Shown piece after piece: positions 17,901 through 26,723 of a DNA stretch of 64,000 nucleotides. Both the position numbers and the translations under genes were made by a program. The notes below the pieces were generated by a model that saw only the letters and a program-made list of their open reading frames with translations, did no database searches and was not told the DNA's origin. The first letter of the stretch is position 1. Every line of letters begins with the position of its first letter. This stretch comes from Phycisphaerae bacterium (GTDB taxonomy: Bacteria > Planctomycetota > Phycisphaerae > UBA1845 > Fen-1342): contig JASFQK010000016.1 in assembly GCA_050115495.1 (NCBI GenBank), positions 64,001 through 128,000 on the forward strand, written 5' to 3'.

Positions 17901-18936
17901 CGAGACGACCATGGACTGTGTCGACAGCGGGCTGCTGGCCGGCGATGGCGGGGTGTCGAGGCTCGTTCGTGTCAGATTCACGAGCAGCATGACCGGCCTG
18001 ATGCCTGGTACGACGTACTATGTCCGCGCCTACGCCACCAACAGTAAGGGGACGGGCTATGGCAACGAGGTGGAGTTCACGACCAACGGCACGACGCCGA
18101 CCGTCACGACCGCCTCCGTCACGGACATCACCAGTGCCACGGCCACGAGCGGCGGCGAGGTTACATCTGACGGCAGCGCGAGCATCACGGCTCGCGGAGT
18201 CTGCTGGAACAAAACGGGGACGCCGACGATCGCCGACGAGAGGACGACTGACGGGTCGGGAATCGGTGTGTTCGCGAGCAGTATCACCGGGCTCGACGCC
18301 GACACGGCGTACTACGTTCGAGCCTACGCGACGAACAAGGCCGGCACGACGTACGGCGCTGAACGGACGTTTTCGACAAAGGCTCTGCCCGATGATCCGA
18401 ACGATGCCAACAACGACCCGCCGACTGCGCCGGATCTGCGCGTCTCCATCGCGGCAGCCCGGTCGTCGGCCAGTGTTGGCGAGGAGCTTGGCTTCTCGGT
18501 AAACGTCGAAAACGTGGGTACCGCGAGCGCCACGGGCGTCACGCTGCGGTTTCCGCTGCCGGCGGGAACGGAACTGGTCGGCGTATGGCTGGTCGGCGGG
18601 TTGTCCAGTCAGACCGCTCCGCTGGACGCGGTCGTGGACGGCGGTGAGATCGTGGTCGCTCTGGGAGACGTGTCCGCCAGTGAGTCGCTGCAGTTCAACC
18701 TGGTACTGAGGGCGAGGAGTGCCGGATCGGTGGCAGTCACCGCCGCGGCGAGTTGTGACGAGAAGGAAACGCCGGCGACGGCGCAGGTGGAGTCGCAGGT
18801 CGAAGTCGACGACGTGTACGTGGAGATCATCGGGGAGGCGGTGCCCATTCACGTATGCGGCCTGATGGGCTTCGTGTCGCCGTTGCTGGCCCTGGTCGGC
18901 CTGGCGGCAATGAAGCGGTACGGTCGTCGTTGGTGA
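14968..18936 (+). CDS. Large secreted/surface protein: beta-helix repeats, two choice-of-anchor-Q-like domains, four FN3-like repeats, DUF11-like domain, C-terminal membrane anchor
   Basis: Signal peptide; VTNNNDSGAGSLRQA; GGGI/Y repeats; LADNGG...DQxG...IGAF; four GVCW...TYYVRAYATN repeats; C-terminal CG-hydrophobic-KRYGRRW. Confidence 0.85.
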   Translation: MSRTRHVSVQAGIGLFLVLFGLNEAVRAADQVVTNNNDSGAGSLRQAMLDVHDGGTITFDGDYTITLASNLPQINDSITIVGRGCEQTIIDGDGAYRILYVVTGSLTASHLTVRNGKAVGNLNAGTLLLDGVVIDGNTDVSGAGLRQSGTGGSTSTTLLNCTISNNFSPTNRGGGIYATVGTVTIKNSTITGNTAQYNGAGICCESSGAFVIDSCTIANNHTTGTYGTARGGGIRVAGGSLTITNTIIANNQDDYGNNDYSYQFGTLTDNGYNFVEVPNVMGANGFSNGVNHNIVGVNPTGLASTLSYEGGWTPVLKITGGTFTGGNYGSTSETRDQRGYHRKSGEITRGAYQYGGTVAVVNGGAWNNGYPTIADAIAAASANDTITLLDTVIKEVGITINKNLTIQGQGATSTYVWGDNAKDTASGRIFDLVAGDVALRDMSIQYGRATRGGGVRGGGGTHTLADCAIVGNTSTLGGGGIHNVSDGTLHVADCSIVANAGGSRGGGLDNEGVLTMTRSTIVGNVASNGGGVSTSGGNAALQNCTICWNTGGSVGGGLYALDGTTVLANCTLAENHASAGTGDGLYGYIGYLGLINTIVINNTGSGGQENAPGLRGIRAQNSWFATNAGITTPTAASNVFAAYTAGDLLSLADNGGSTWTMELAATAPAVGTGDFVYYNTTDGFYCEDSNGDYRDALGSVVTPSDPASDKITIDQCGVTRTSPVSIGAFFTPKATPSVTTTTVSNVTGTTAKSGGNVTYEGQSGVTARGVCWNTTGTPTTTSDKTSDGTGTGAFTSDLSNLSPATTYYVRAYATNTQGTDYGTERQFTTSAAKPTVTTAAVTGVTTDEATSGGDVTDDGGDSVTAYGVCWNTDGTPTTSDDNTNDGSGTGTFTSTLTSLAPGMTYYVRAYATNSAGTGYGNDVEFTTVAAPPTMTTAAVSHVTATTATTGGEVMSSGGAPLTAFGVCWNTTGSPTTADETTMDCVDSGLLAGDGGVSRLVRVRFTSSMTGLMPGTTYYVRAYATNSKGTGYGNEVEFTTNGTTPTVTTASVTDITSATATSGGEVTSDGSASITARGVCWNKTGTPTIADERTTDGSGIGVFASSITGLDADTAYYVRAYATNKAGTTYGAERTFSTKALPDDPNDANNDPPTAPDLRVSIAAARSSASVGEELGFSVNVENVGTASATGVTLRFPLPAGTELVGVWLVGGLSSQTAPLDAVVDGGEIVVALGDVSASESLQFNLVLRARSAGSVAVTAAASCDEKETPATAQVESQVEVDDVYVEIIGEAVPIHVCGLMGFVSPLLALVGLAAMKRYGRRW
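17167..18381 (+). repeat. Four intragenic FN3-like repeats of about 98 aa
   Basis: Repeated PTVTT..V..VT...A.SGG.VT.DG...VTA.GVCWN..GTPT...TYYVRAYATN..GT.YG.E..FTT. Confidence 0.85.
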
Positions 18937-19013
18937 CGATGGTCCGCCGGTGGTAGTCATGTGACGCCGGCGTGTCGGCCGGAACGGCCGCCGGGCAGCA
19001 GGAAAGGAAAGTC

Positions 19014-19241
19014 ATGAGACGTGGAACGCTTCTGCGGGTTGGTGGCATCGTGGTCGCCGGCGCGCTGTTCATCGGCGGCACGGGTTGCAGAGAGCTTCTG
19101 ATAGGAACGAACATTGCCTCGGTCGCCACGGGCTGGCTGCTGGGCAATCTCACCACCTCGGGTAACGTTGAGCGTGTGTGCTACCAGAACGGCGTGCTGA
19201 TCGATTGCGCCGATCTGCCGGAGGATCTTGGGCTGGATTAG
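19014..19241 (+). CDS. Small putative lipoprotein
   Basis: MRRGTLLR-hydrophobic-GTGC; AAGGA RBS; C-terminal Cys pair (CYQNGVLIDC). Confidence 0.6.
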   Translation: MRRGTLLRVGGIVVAGALFIGGTGCRELLIGTNIASVATGWLLGNLTTSGNVERVCYQNGVLIDCADLPEDLGLD

Positions 19242-19253
19242 CGCCGCCGGCCG

Positions 19254-20585
19254 TCACGGCTGGGGGGCAACCTCGCGCTCGCTGACGGGGGGGAACTTCA
19301 GCGGGGCGGCGAGTTGGGCGTTGAGCAAGCGAGCCAGGTACGTCGTTTTGACCAGAGTGAAATCGCCCGTGATCTGGCCTGAGCTGCGGATCTTGGTGCG
19401 GATGGTCGCCGCCGAGTAGGCGACATCGTCGACGAGGATGCACAGCGGCCGGTCGATGTTCCGCGCCGTCAGCTTCTCGAACAGGCTCCCGCCGGCGCTG
19501 TCCAGCGTGAAGCTAACGGCCGGCCGTCCATGCGCGTCGTAATCGGCCTTCGCCTGCAGGAGGTGCCACGGCTGGCCTTTGGCCAGCAAACCCTGGTCGG
19601 GCGTGAGGTAGGCGAGGATGTAGTAGTCATCGTCCACGCGGTCGGCGACGAAGCGCGGTTCCTCGCATGGGTCGAAGTCGGTTAGCTCCGCGGGGCCGTC
19701 GAGGTTGAAGAAAGAGACGGGATCGTCGACCCGGAACCAGCCGAACTCGTCGCCGGGCACGGGCGCCGGGCCGTGTTCGTGCAGCCGGCGGCGAAACAAG
19801 TCGTACTTGGTGGGGTTGTCGGGTGCGGGCTCGGGCAGGACGCGAAACTCGAGAACGCCCAGGCCGCGCAGCAGCCGCTTGACCCAGGCCGGGTTTTCGA
19901 GGTACTTGCCTTTGCCCTTGTCATACCAGGCATCATACCGGGCGACGACGTTGTCGAGCTGCTGCTTGAGGTGCGGGAAGTGCTCGTGGGCGTCGGCAAG
20001 CCACTGTTTTCGCTCGCTGGAGCGCGGTTCGCCGAACTCCAACGCGCGGCGCAGCCTGTCGACGGGCAGGTTGGTGGCGAGGACGTCGTCGAGCACCTTC
20101 TGATACGGTGGCTCGAAGCCGCTTTCTTTCCACGCGTCATAGGCGGTGGCCAGGGCGGCCAGCGCGGCCTTGCGGGTTGGGTGGCCGCGGACGAGCTGTT
20201 CGAGGGCGGCGTCGCGACCGTCGACCGTCACCAACGCTGCGAGGAGCTCCTCCGGCGTCACGTTGGCCGCCGCCAGCCTGGCGAGACTCTCCTCGAAGGC
20301 CCGCCCGAGAGCCTGGACGTCCTGGGGCGCGTGCTGCACGCGGACTTCGATCTGGTCACGCGAGAGCGGCGTGCACACGACGCCGAAACGCTCGTCGGGA
20401 TCGAGACGCTTCAGGACCGCTGCGGCGACTTCGGCGGACACGTCCCGGTCGGCCGGCAGGTCCGACGTGTCGATGGCGAAGACAAACGCGGTGTAGCCGG
20501 TCTTCTCCAGGCTGGGACGCGTATTGCAGGCGCTCAGGAACGCCACGCAGGTCAGGAGCGTAGTGGTCGCCAGCAGTCTGAACAT
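19254..20585 (-). CDS. Lipoprotein consisting of a SecD/SecDF P1-like periplasmic domain (paralogue 2)
   Basis: Lipobox LSAC; GVLEFRVL; GRPAVSFTLD..GG.LF..LT.RNI.RPLCILVDD..YSAA.I...I...GQITGDFT...LA.PL...EREVAP; no TM helices. Confidence 0.8.
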   Translation of the reverse strand: MFRLLATTTLLTCVAFLSACNTRPSLEKTGYTAFVFAIDTSDLPADRDVSAEVAAAVLKRLDPDERFGVVCTPLSRDQIEVRVQHAPQDVQALGRAFEESLARLAAANVTPEELLAALVTVDGRDAALEQLVRGHPTRKAALAALATAYDAWKESGFEPPYQKVLDDVLATNLPVDRLRRALEFGEPRSSERKQWLADAHEHFPHLKQQLDNVVARYDAWYDKGKGKYLENPAWVKRLLRGLGVLEFRVLPEPAPDNPTKYDLFRRRLHEHGPAPVPGDEFGWFRVDDPVSFFNLDGPAELTDFDPCEEPRFVADRVDDDYYILAYLTPDQGLLAKGQPWHLLQAKADYDAHGRPAVSFTLDSAGGSLFEKLTARNIDRPLCILVDDVAYSAATIRTKIRSSGQITGDFTLVKTTYLARLLNAQLAAPLKFPPVSEREVAPQP

Positions 20586-20648
20586 GTGCGTCTCCGTTTG
20601 GTGATTGCGTTTCTCTTTCGTGTCCGTGTCCGGTGCTGACGGCGCCAG

Positions 20649-21980
20649 TTACGGCTGCGGCCCGACTTCGCGCTCGTTGAGTGGGGGGAACTTCAGCGGG
20701 GCGGGGAGCTGGACGGCGAGGACGCGGGCCAGGTACGTCATCTTGACCGGGCCGAAACGGCCGGTGATCGTGCCGTTGGCGCGAATCCTGCTGCGGATCG
20801 TCGCCGCCGAGTAGGCAGTGTCGTCGACGAGGATGCACAACGGTTTGCCGATGTTTCTCCTGGTCAGCTCTTCGAAGAGGGCTCCGCCGGCCTCGTCCAA
20901 CTCGAAGTTGACGCACGGCTCTCCGCTCGTGTCGCGGTCGACCTCCGCCTCCAATACCCGCCAGGGCCGGCCCTCGGCCAGCAGACCCTGGTCGGGCGCG
21001 AGATAAGCGAGAACGTAGTAGTCATCGGCTACGTGGTCGGCCACGTAGGTGGTGTTCTGTTGGGGGTCGAAGCGGGCCAGTGCGTCGGGGCCGTCGAGGT
21101 CGAAGAAGGAGATGACGTCTTCGACCCGGAACCAGCCAAACTCGTCGCCCGGCGCGGGCTGGGGGCCGTCGTCGTGGAGCCGGCGGCGGTAGGAGTCGTA
21201 TTGCGTGGGATTGTCGAACGCCCGCTGGGCCAGGATGCGGAATTCGAGGACGCCGAGGCCCTCCAGCATCGGCTTGATGATGGCCGGGTCGTCGCAGTAC
21301 AGGGCGGCGCCCTTCTCCATCCAGGCTTCATGGCGGGTGACGACGTCGTCGATCTGCTGTTTGACGTGCGGGAATCGCTTCCGCAGGTCGGCGAGGTATT
21401 CCTTGCGGTCGTGTGAACTGGGCTCGGTGGTTTCCAGCATGAAGACCAGATCCTCGATGGGCAGATTGGTGGCGAGGACGTCGCCGAGTCCGTGGTGATA
21501 CGCCGGATCGAAGCCGTTTTCCTTCCAGGCGTCGTAGGCGGTGGCGAGTCTGGTGAGGGCGGCCTTGCGGGTCGGGTGGCTGCGGACGAGCTGGTCGAGG
21601 GCGGCCTTGCGACCGTTGAGTTTCGTCAGCGTGAAGAGGAGTTCGTCTTCCGTCACGTTGGTGGCGGCCAGCTTGGCGATACTCTCGTCGACGGCCCGGC
21701 TGAGGATCTGGACGTCCTCGGGCGCGTGCTGCACACGGATTTCGATCTGGTCGCGGGCGAGCGGCGTGCAGACGACGCCGAAACGCTCGTCGGGATCGAG
21801 ACGCTTCAGGACCGCTGCGGCGACTTCGGCGGACACGTCCCGGTCGGCCGGCAGGTCCGACGTGTCGATGGCGAAGACGAACGCGGTGTAGCCGGTCTTC
21901 TCCAGGCTGGGACGGCTGCTGCAGCCCACCAGCAGCACCAGGATGCCAAGCAGGACGGTTGCTGACGAGTATTTGGGCAT
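20649..21980 (-). CDS. Lipoprotein consisting of a SecD/SecDF P1-like periplasmic domain (paralogue 1)
   Basis: MPKYSS...LVGC lipobox; same length (443 aa) and motifs as 19254-20585; ends LPAPLKFPPLNEREVGPQP. Confidence 0.8.
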   Translation of the reverse strand: MPKYSSATVLLGILVLLVGCSSRPSLEKTGYTAFVFAIDTSDLPADRDVSAEVAAAVLKRLDPDERFGVVCTPLARDQIEIRVQHAPEDVQILSRAVDESIAKLAATNVTEDELLFTLTKLNGRKAALDQLVRSHPTRKAALTRLATAYDAWKENGFDPAYHHGLGDVLATNLPIEDLVFMLETTEPSSHDRKEYLADLRKRFPHVKQQIDDVVTRHEAWMEKGAALYCDDPAIIKPMLEGLGVLEFRILAQRAFDNPTQYDSYRRRLHDDGPQPAPGDEFGWFRVEDVISFFDLDGPDALARFDPQQNTTYVADHVADDYYVLAYLAPDQGLLAEGRPWRVLEAEVDRDTSGEPCVNFELDEAGGALFEELTRRNIGKPLCILVDDTAYSAATIRSRIRANGTITGRFGPVKMTYLARVLAVQLPAPLKFPPLNEREVGPQP

Positions 21981-22180
21981 GTGCCTCTCCCGGTCGCGAG
22001 TCCATGTGCGGGTAGCGCCCCACAGCCTGCTACGATACGACATGACCGCGGCGAGGACAAGCGCGGGGCGGGGTGGGCTGGACGGGACAACGGGCTGAGG
22101 GGACACTGAAGGGGAGCGCTTGCGAATTCGGTTGGAGGCGGCGGATCGTCGGGAAGAGCTGTACGGAAGGGGTAGAACGG

Positions 22181-23422
22181 GTGGTCACGGAAACGTACAA
22201 GCCGGCGGGGTATTGCCCGAAGTGTGGGTATGCCATGGATGTCGGGAAGTGCCCGGAGTGTGGTACCGAGGTGACGGCTCGCACGCTGGCGAAGCGGCCG
22301 CGGGGCTACCGGCGCCGGCGGGTCATTCGCTGGACCGTGATCGTGGTGGCGCTGATCGGCGTTCCATATGGCGGGTACCGCTTCTGGCGAGATGTGAACT
22401 GGCCGGCGTGGTTGCCCAACAACGTGCTGATGTGGGGGATGACGTGGGGATCCGACCGGATTGACGGGGAGCTGTTGCGGCGATGCAAGAACCAGACGCT
22501 GAGCGAAGACGAGATTCGCCGCATCTACGATTACGCGTACGAGCCTCGGCTCGTGTATCCCGAGGAAATTCCGGCCGGAACCGCCGTCCCGGCGATGGTG
22601 CAACTTCGGTGGCGCGGCGTGCTCCGGCGAGTGGTGTACGGGTACAATTATGGCTGCATGGGACGCGATACGTGGGAGATCCGCATCGGGGACTGCACGG
22701 TCAGCGTGCCGGACCGTCCGTCGTCTTTCGCGGGCGATGAGCAGGGTGAACGGGTCTTCTTTGACATCCCCCCGCTGCCGCCGGGCGAGCGTACCGTAAC
22801 CACGCGGGGCTGCTTCTGGGAGGTGGATCTGACGAGACAAGCGCGTCAGCCGGGGCCGAAGCGGGAGTTCGACCTGGCCGGCTCACTGCGCGTGACAGAT
22901 CGCCCGATGGACGACTATGTGAAAGACGTATGGGAGCCGGCACTTGCGGGTGTCGTGAAGGCCAAGGTGTTGGCCCACGTGTACGTGAGTGTGGCGTCGG
23001 ATCCGTCAGTCACCGTCCATTTCGCCGACTTGCCGTTTCCATACGCTTTCGAAGTGTACATGCGGGTAAGCGGGCAGGAGGAATACGAAGCGGTCGACGG
23101 CGGGTTTGGATTGCCCTACCGATGGGCGGTGGGCGACGGAGCTAACTGGGGTGCGCAGTTCCCGCTCGGTTCGGACTTGGTGACGGACGAGGGGGCGACG
23201 ATCGACATGCAACTGAGACCATCGCGAGCGCTCGCCCTATCGCGCGGCTTTGACGCGTGCTTCGGCGGCGTGATCGAGTGGCTCGGTCTGCAGCCGGGAA
23301 GGAGGCAGGACTACATCTTCATGCGGCGGCCCGATGGGACATTCGGGCCTGTCCTGGAGCCCGCTCCAAGCGTGCTGCCGGTGGCGCCGACGCGCGTGTT
23401 TCGGTGGGAGGGTGGCGACTGA
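22181..23422 (+). CDS. Zinc-ribbon, single-TM membrane protein (paralogue 1 of 3)
   Basis: YCPKCGYAMDVGKCPECG, Arg-rich stretch, one TM; GTG start assigned by alignment to the paralogues. Confidence 0.8.
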   Translation: MVTETYKPAGYCPKCGYAMDVGKCPECGTEVTARTLAKRPRGYRRRRVIRWTVIVVALIGVPYGGYRFWRDVNWPAWLPNNVLMWGMTWGSDRIDGELLRRCKNQTLSEDEIRRIYDYAYEPRLVYPEEIPAGTAVPAMVQLRWRGVLRRVVYGYNYGCMGRDTWEIRIGDCTVSVPDRPSSFAGDEQGERVFFDIPPLPPGERTVTTRGCFWEVDLTRQARQPGPKREFDLAGSLRVTDRPMDDYVKDVWEPALAGVVKAKVLAHVYVSVASDPSVTVHFADLPFPYAFEVYMRVSGQEEYEAVDGGFGLPYRWAVGDGANWGAQFPLGSDLVTDEGATIDMQLRPSRALALSRGFDACFGGVIEWLGLQPGRRQDYIFMRRPDGTFGPVLEPAPSVLPVAPTRVFRWEGGD

Positions 23423-23470
23423 TGATGTGCAGATGTTCGCGGCGAACGGCTGGACTGAAGGGGTGAGTGG

Positions 23471-24712
23471 ATGTCCACGGCGACGTACAAGCCGGCGGGG
23501 TATTGCCCGAAGTGCGGGTATGCCATGGATGTCGGGCAGTGCCCGGAGTGTGGAGCGGAAGTGACGGCTCGCACGCTGGCGAAGCGGCCGCGGGGCTATT
23601 GGCGGCGGCGGGTCATTCGCTGGGGGGTGATCCTGGCGTTGTTGACCGGGATCCCGTATGGGGCGTATCGCTTCTGGCGCGATGTGAACTGGGCGCCGTG
23701 GTTGCCGAACGACGTGCTCCTGTGGGGGATGACGTGGGAATCCGACCGGATTGACGGGGAGCTGTTGCGGCGCTGTGCGCAGCATACGCTCAGCGAGGAA
23801 GAGCTGCAGCGCATTTGGGATTACGGATACGAGCCGCTGCTGGTGTGTCCGGAAGAGGTTCCCGCAGGCGTCGCTGTCCCGGCGAAGGTGTACCTTCGCT
23901 GGCGCGGCCTCTTCCGCGAGGCCATACGCCACCGAGTGCACGGGCTGACGGACCGCGACACATGGCAGATCCAGATCGGTGAGCATTCGATTAGCGTATC
24001 GGACCGCCCATGGTCCTGGTCTGGTGACGAGTGGGGTGACGGAGTCCTGTTCGACCTCCCGGCGCTCTCCGCGGGCGAACGGACCATCACGGTGCAGGGG
24101 TATTTCTGGGATGATGAGCCGGTGGTCCCGGGGCTGCCGCCGGGACCGAAGCGACGCCTCGATCTGACCATGTCGTTGCGCGTGACGGACCGGCCGATGG
24201 ACGATTACGTGGAGGATATCTGGGAGCCGGCACTGGCGGACGTCGCGAAGGCCCAGGTGTCTGCCCAGGTGTACGTGCATGAGAGACAGGATCCGTCACT
24301 CTACATCGAGTTCGCCGAGCTGCCGTTCCCGTACGCGTTCGAAGTGTACATGCGCGCGAGCGGGCAAGAGGCATACGAGGCAGTCGACGGTGCGTTTAGA
24401 TTGCCGGAGCGATGGACGGTGGACGAGGGGGTCAACTGGGGCGTGGAGTTCTCGCTCGGGTCGGATGTAGCGACGGATGAGGGGGCGACAATCGACATAC
24501 AACTGAGACCCTCGCGAGCGCTTGCCCTTTCACGCGGCCTCGACGCGTGCTTCGGCGGCGTGATCGAGTGGCTGGGTCTGCAGCCGGGAGAGAGGCCGGA
24601 CTTCATCCCCGTCGTGCGGCCGGACTTGACGCTCGGCCTTGCTCCGGAGTCTGCTCCAAGCGTGCTGCTGGCGGCGCCGACGCGCGTGTTTCGGTGGGAG
24701 GATGGTGACTGA
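23471..24712 (+). CDS. Zinc-ribbon, single-TM membrane protein (paralogue 2 of 3)
   Basis: YCPKCGYAMDVGQCPECG; shared DACFGGVIEWL and PTRVFRWE motifs. Confidence 0.85.
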   Translation: MSTATYKPAGYCPKCGYAMDVGQCPECGAEVTARTLAKRPRGYWRRRVIRWGVILALLTGIPYGAYRFWRDVNWAPWLPNDVLLWGMTWESDRIDGELLRRCAQHTLSEEELQRIWDYGYEPLLVCPEEVPAGVAVPAKVYLRWRGLFREAIRHRVHGLTDRDTWQIQIGEHSISVSDRPWSWSGDEWGDGVLFDLPALSAGERTITVQGYFWDDEPVVPGLPPGPKRRLDLTMSLRVTDRPMDDYVEDIWEPALADVAKAQVSAQVYVHERQDPSLYIEFAELPFPYAFEVYMRASGQEAYEAVDGAFRLPERWTVDEGVNWGVEFSLGSDVATDEGATIDIQLRPSRALALSRGLDACFGGVIEWLGLQPGERPDFIPVVRPDLTLGLAPESAPSVLLAAPTRVFRWEDGD

Positions 24713-24760
24713 TGATGTGCGGTTGTCTGCGGCGGACGGTTGGACTGAAGGGGTGAGTGG

Positions 24761-26005
24761 ATGTCCACGGAGACGTACAAGCCGGCGGGGTATTGCCCGA
24801 AGTGCGGGTACGCCATGGACGTCGGGCAGTGCCCGGAGTGTGGCGCCGAGGTGACGGCCCGGACGCTGGCGAGGTGGCCGCGGGGCTATTGGCGCCGGCG
24901 GGTCATTCGCTGGGGCGTGATACTGGTGCTGCTGGTCGGCGTCTCGTACGGCGGGTATCGCCTCTGGCGAAGTGGGAAGTGGGTACGATGGTTGCCGAAC
25001 GACGTGCTCCTGTGGGGGATGACGTGGGAATCCGATCGCATCGACAAGGAGCTGTTACGACGATGCGAGAACCAGACTTTGAGCGAGGATGAGATGCGGC
25101 GCGTCTTTGAGTTCGCTTACGAGCGACGGCTGGTATTCCCCCGCGAGATCCCGGCATGGACATCGGTGCCCGCGATGGTGGAGATCCGGTGGCGCGGTGT
25201 GTTGCGCCACGACGTGTACTGGGGAGACTTCGGCGATACGGCTCGTGATGCGTGGCGGATTCAGGTGGGAGAGCACACGTTTAATGTGCCGGGCAGTTGG
25301 CTCGGGCACAACTGCTACGAATTCGGATACGAAGTGTGGTTCGACCTGCCTCCGCTACCGCCAGGCCAAGAGATCATTACGGTTGACGGGGAGTTCTGGG
25401 AGGAGGAACCGCCGGTCAAGGGCCTGCCGGCGGGAACACGACTGCCTGTTCACCTGGCGGAACCGCTGCGCGTGGCAGATCGACGGATGGACGAGTACGT
25501 GACCGACGTGTGGGAGCCGGAGCTTGCAGAGAAGGCGGGGGCAGGCGTGTTGGCGGGGGCAGTTCGTTGGGAGGAATGCGCATGTTCGGAACTTGCCCTT
25601 GCGTTCACGCCTCTGCCGTTCTCGCGTGCCTTCGACGTCTACATACGCACGGACGGACAGGAGGAGTATGAGGCGCTGGAGGACGCGTTTGGACTACCGG
25701 AGCGAGTGGCGGTGGAGCGGGGCTGCTATGGCCGCATCTGCGTCTTGTTGCCGTGGAAAGGTCCGGTGGCTGATGCCAAGACGGTGGATGTGCAGTTGCG
25801 GCCGTCGCGAGCAGTCGCTCTGTTTTACGGGTACGACGCCTGCTTCGGCGGCGTGATTGAGTGGCTCGACCTGCCGTTGCGCGATGAGCCGTCGGTCGTC
25901 AATGTGTCGATTTCGACTTGGGTGTCGGTATATGACACGTCGTACTGTGAAGTTGAGGAGGTCGACCCGCCGACGCGCGTGTTTCGGTGGGAGGGGGACG
26001 AGTGA
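24761..26005 (+). CDS. Zinc-ribbon, single-TM membrane protein (paralogue 3 of 3)
   Basis: Same N- and C-terminal motifs with a more diverged middle. Confidence 0.85.
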   Translation: MSTETYKPAGYCPKCGYAMDVGQCPECGAEVTARTLARWPRGYWRRRVIRWGVILVLLVGVSYGGYRLWRSGKWVRWLPNDVLLWGMTWESDRIDKELLRRCENQTLSEDEMRRVFEFAYERRLVFPREIPAWTSVPAMVEIRWRGVLRHDVYWGDFGDTARDAWRIQVGEHTFNVPGSWLGHNCYEFGYEVWFDLPPLPPGQEIITVDGEFWEEEPPVKGLPAGTRLPVHLAEPLRVADRRMDEYVTDVWEPELAEKAGAGVLAGAVRWEECACSELALAFTPLPFSRAFDVYIRTDGQEEYEALEDAFGLPERVAVERGCYGRICVLLPWKGPVADAKTVDVQLRPSRAVALFYGYDACFGGVIEWLDLPLRDEPSVVNVSISTWVSVYDTSYCEVEEVDPPTRVFRWEGDE

Positions 26006-26080
26006 TCGTCGGCGGTGGGCTGGTGTCGGCGGGGGTGGTGCTGTGGTCGAGCTGTTGGCGTGGCGCGGCGTGAGGTGGTG

Positions 26081-26575
26081 ATGAGCGGATTCTGGCGGAT
26101 TCTGCTGCGAATTGTCTTCGTGTACGCGTGCTGGCTGGGGATGATGGCCACGCACGAGGCGGGGCACGTGCTGCATGCGTACGCCGCCGGCGGGCGGGTG
26201 GCTCGCGTGATCGTGCCGTGGGTGGGGTTCTCGCGGACGGATCTGGCGGAGAACCCGCATCCGCACTTCGTGGCGTGGGGCGGAGCGGTGTGGGGCTGCC
26301 TGATCCCGCTGGGGCTGCTGGCCGTGGCGGCGGCGCTGCGGTTTCGCCGAGTGGCGTGGGTGCAGTTCTTCGCGGGGTTCTGCCTGGTGGCGAACGGGAC
26401 GTACTTGGCCACCGGCTCGGCGATCGACGCCGGCGATTGCGACGATCTGATGCGCTGCGGAACGCCGCGGTGGCTGCTGGTCGCCGTAGGCACGCCGCTG
26501 GCGGCGTCGGGGTTGTATTTGTGGCATCGATTGGGTTTGCGGGCGGTGGAGGACGGAACGGAGGCTCGGCAGTGA
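26081..26575 (+). CDS. M50B-like membrane metallopeptidase
   Basis: THEAGHV in a hydrophobic segment; WGGAVWG; NGTY...GDCDD; GAGGT RBS. Confidence 0.75.
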   Translation: MSGFWRILLRIVFVYACWLGMMATHEAGHVLHAYAAGGRVARVIVPWVGFSRTDLAENPHPHFVAWGGAVWGCLIPLGLLAVAAALRFRRVAWVQFFAGFCLVANGTYLATGSAIDAGDCDDLMRCGTPRWLLVAVGTPLAASGLYLWHRLGLRAVEDGTEARQ

Positions 26576-26659
26576 GGGTCAGAGGGTCAGAGGAGCAAAG
26601 GGTGGCGGAGGATTCCGCCCTGCACTTTGCCCCTCTGCTCCTTTGATCCTATGTTCCTC
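26574..26659. repeat. Palindromic octamer-repeat element, copy 1
   Basis: Purine-rich 8-mers, core aaagggtggcggNggattccgccctNcacttt, then complementary pyrimidine-rich 8-mers. Confidence 0.75.
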
Positions 26660-26723
26660 GTAGGGGCACAGGCGTCTGAGCGGGCGGCGCGGTCCAGAGC
26701 AGCGTGCCGGCCGCAACCGGGCG

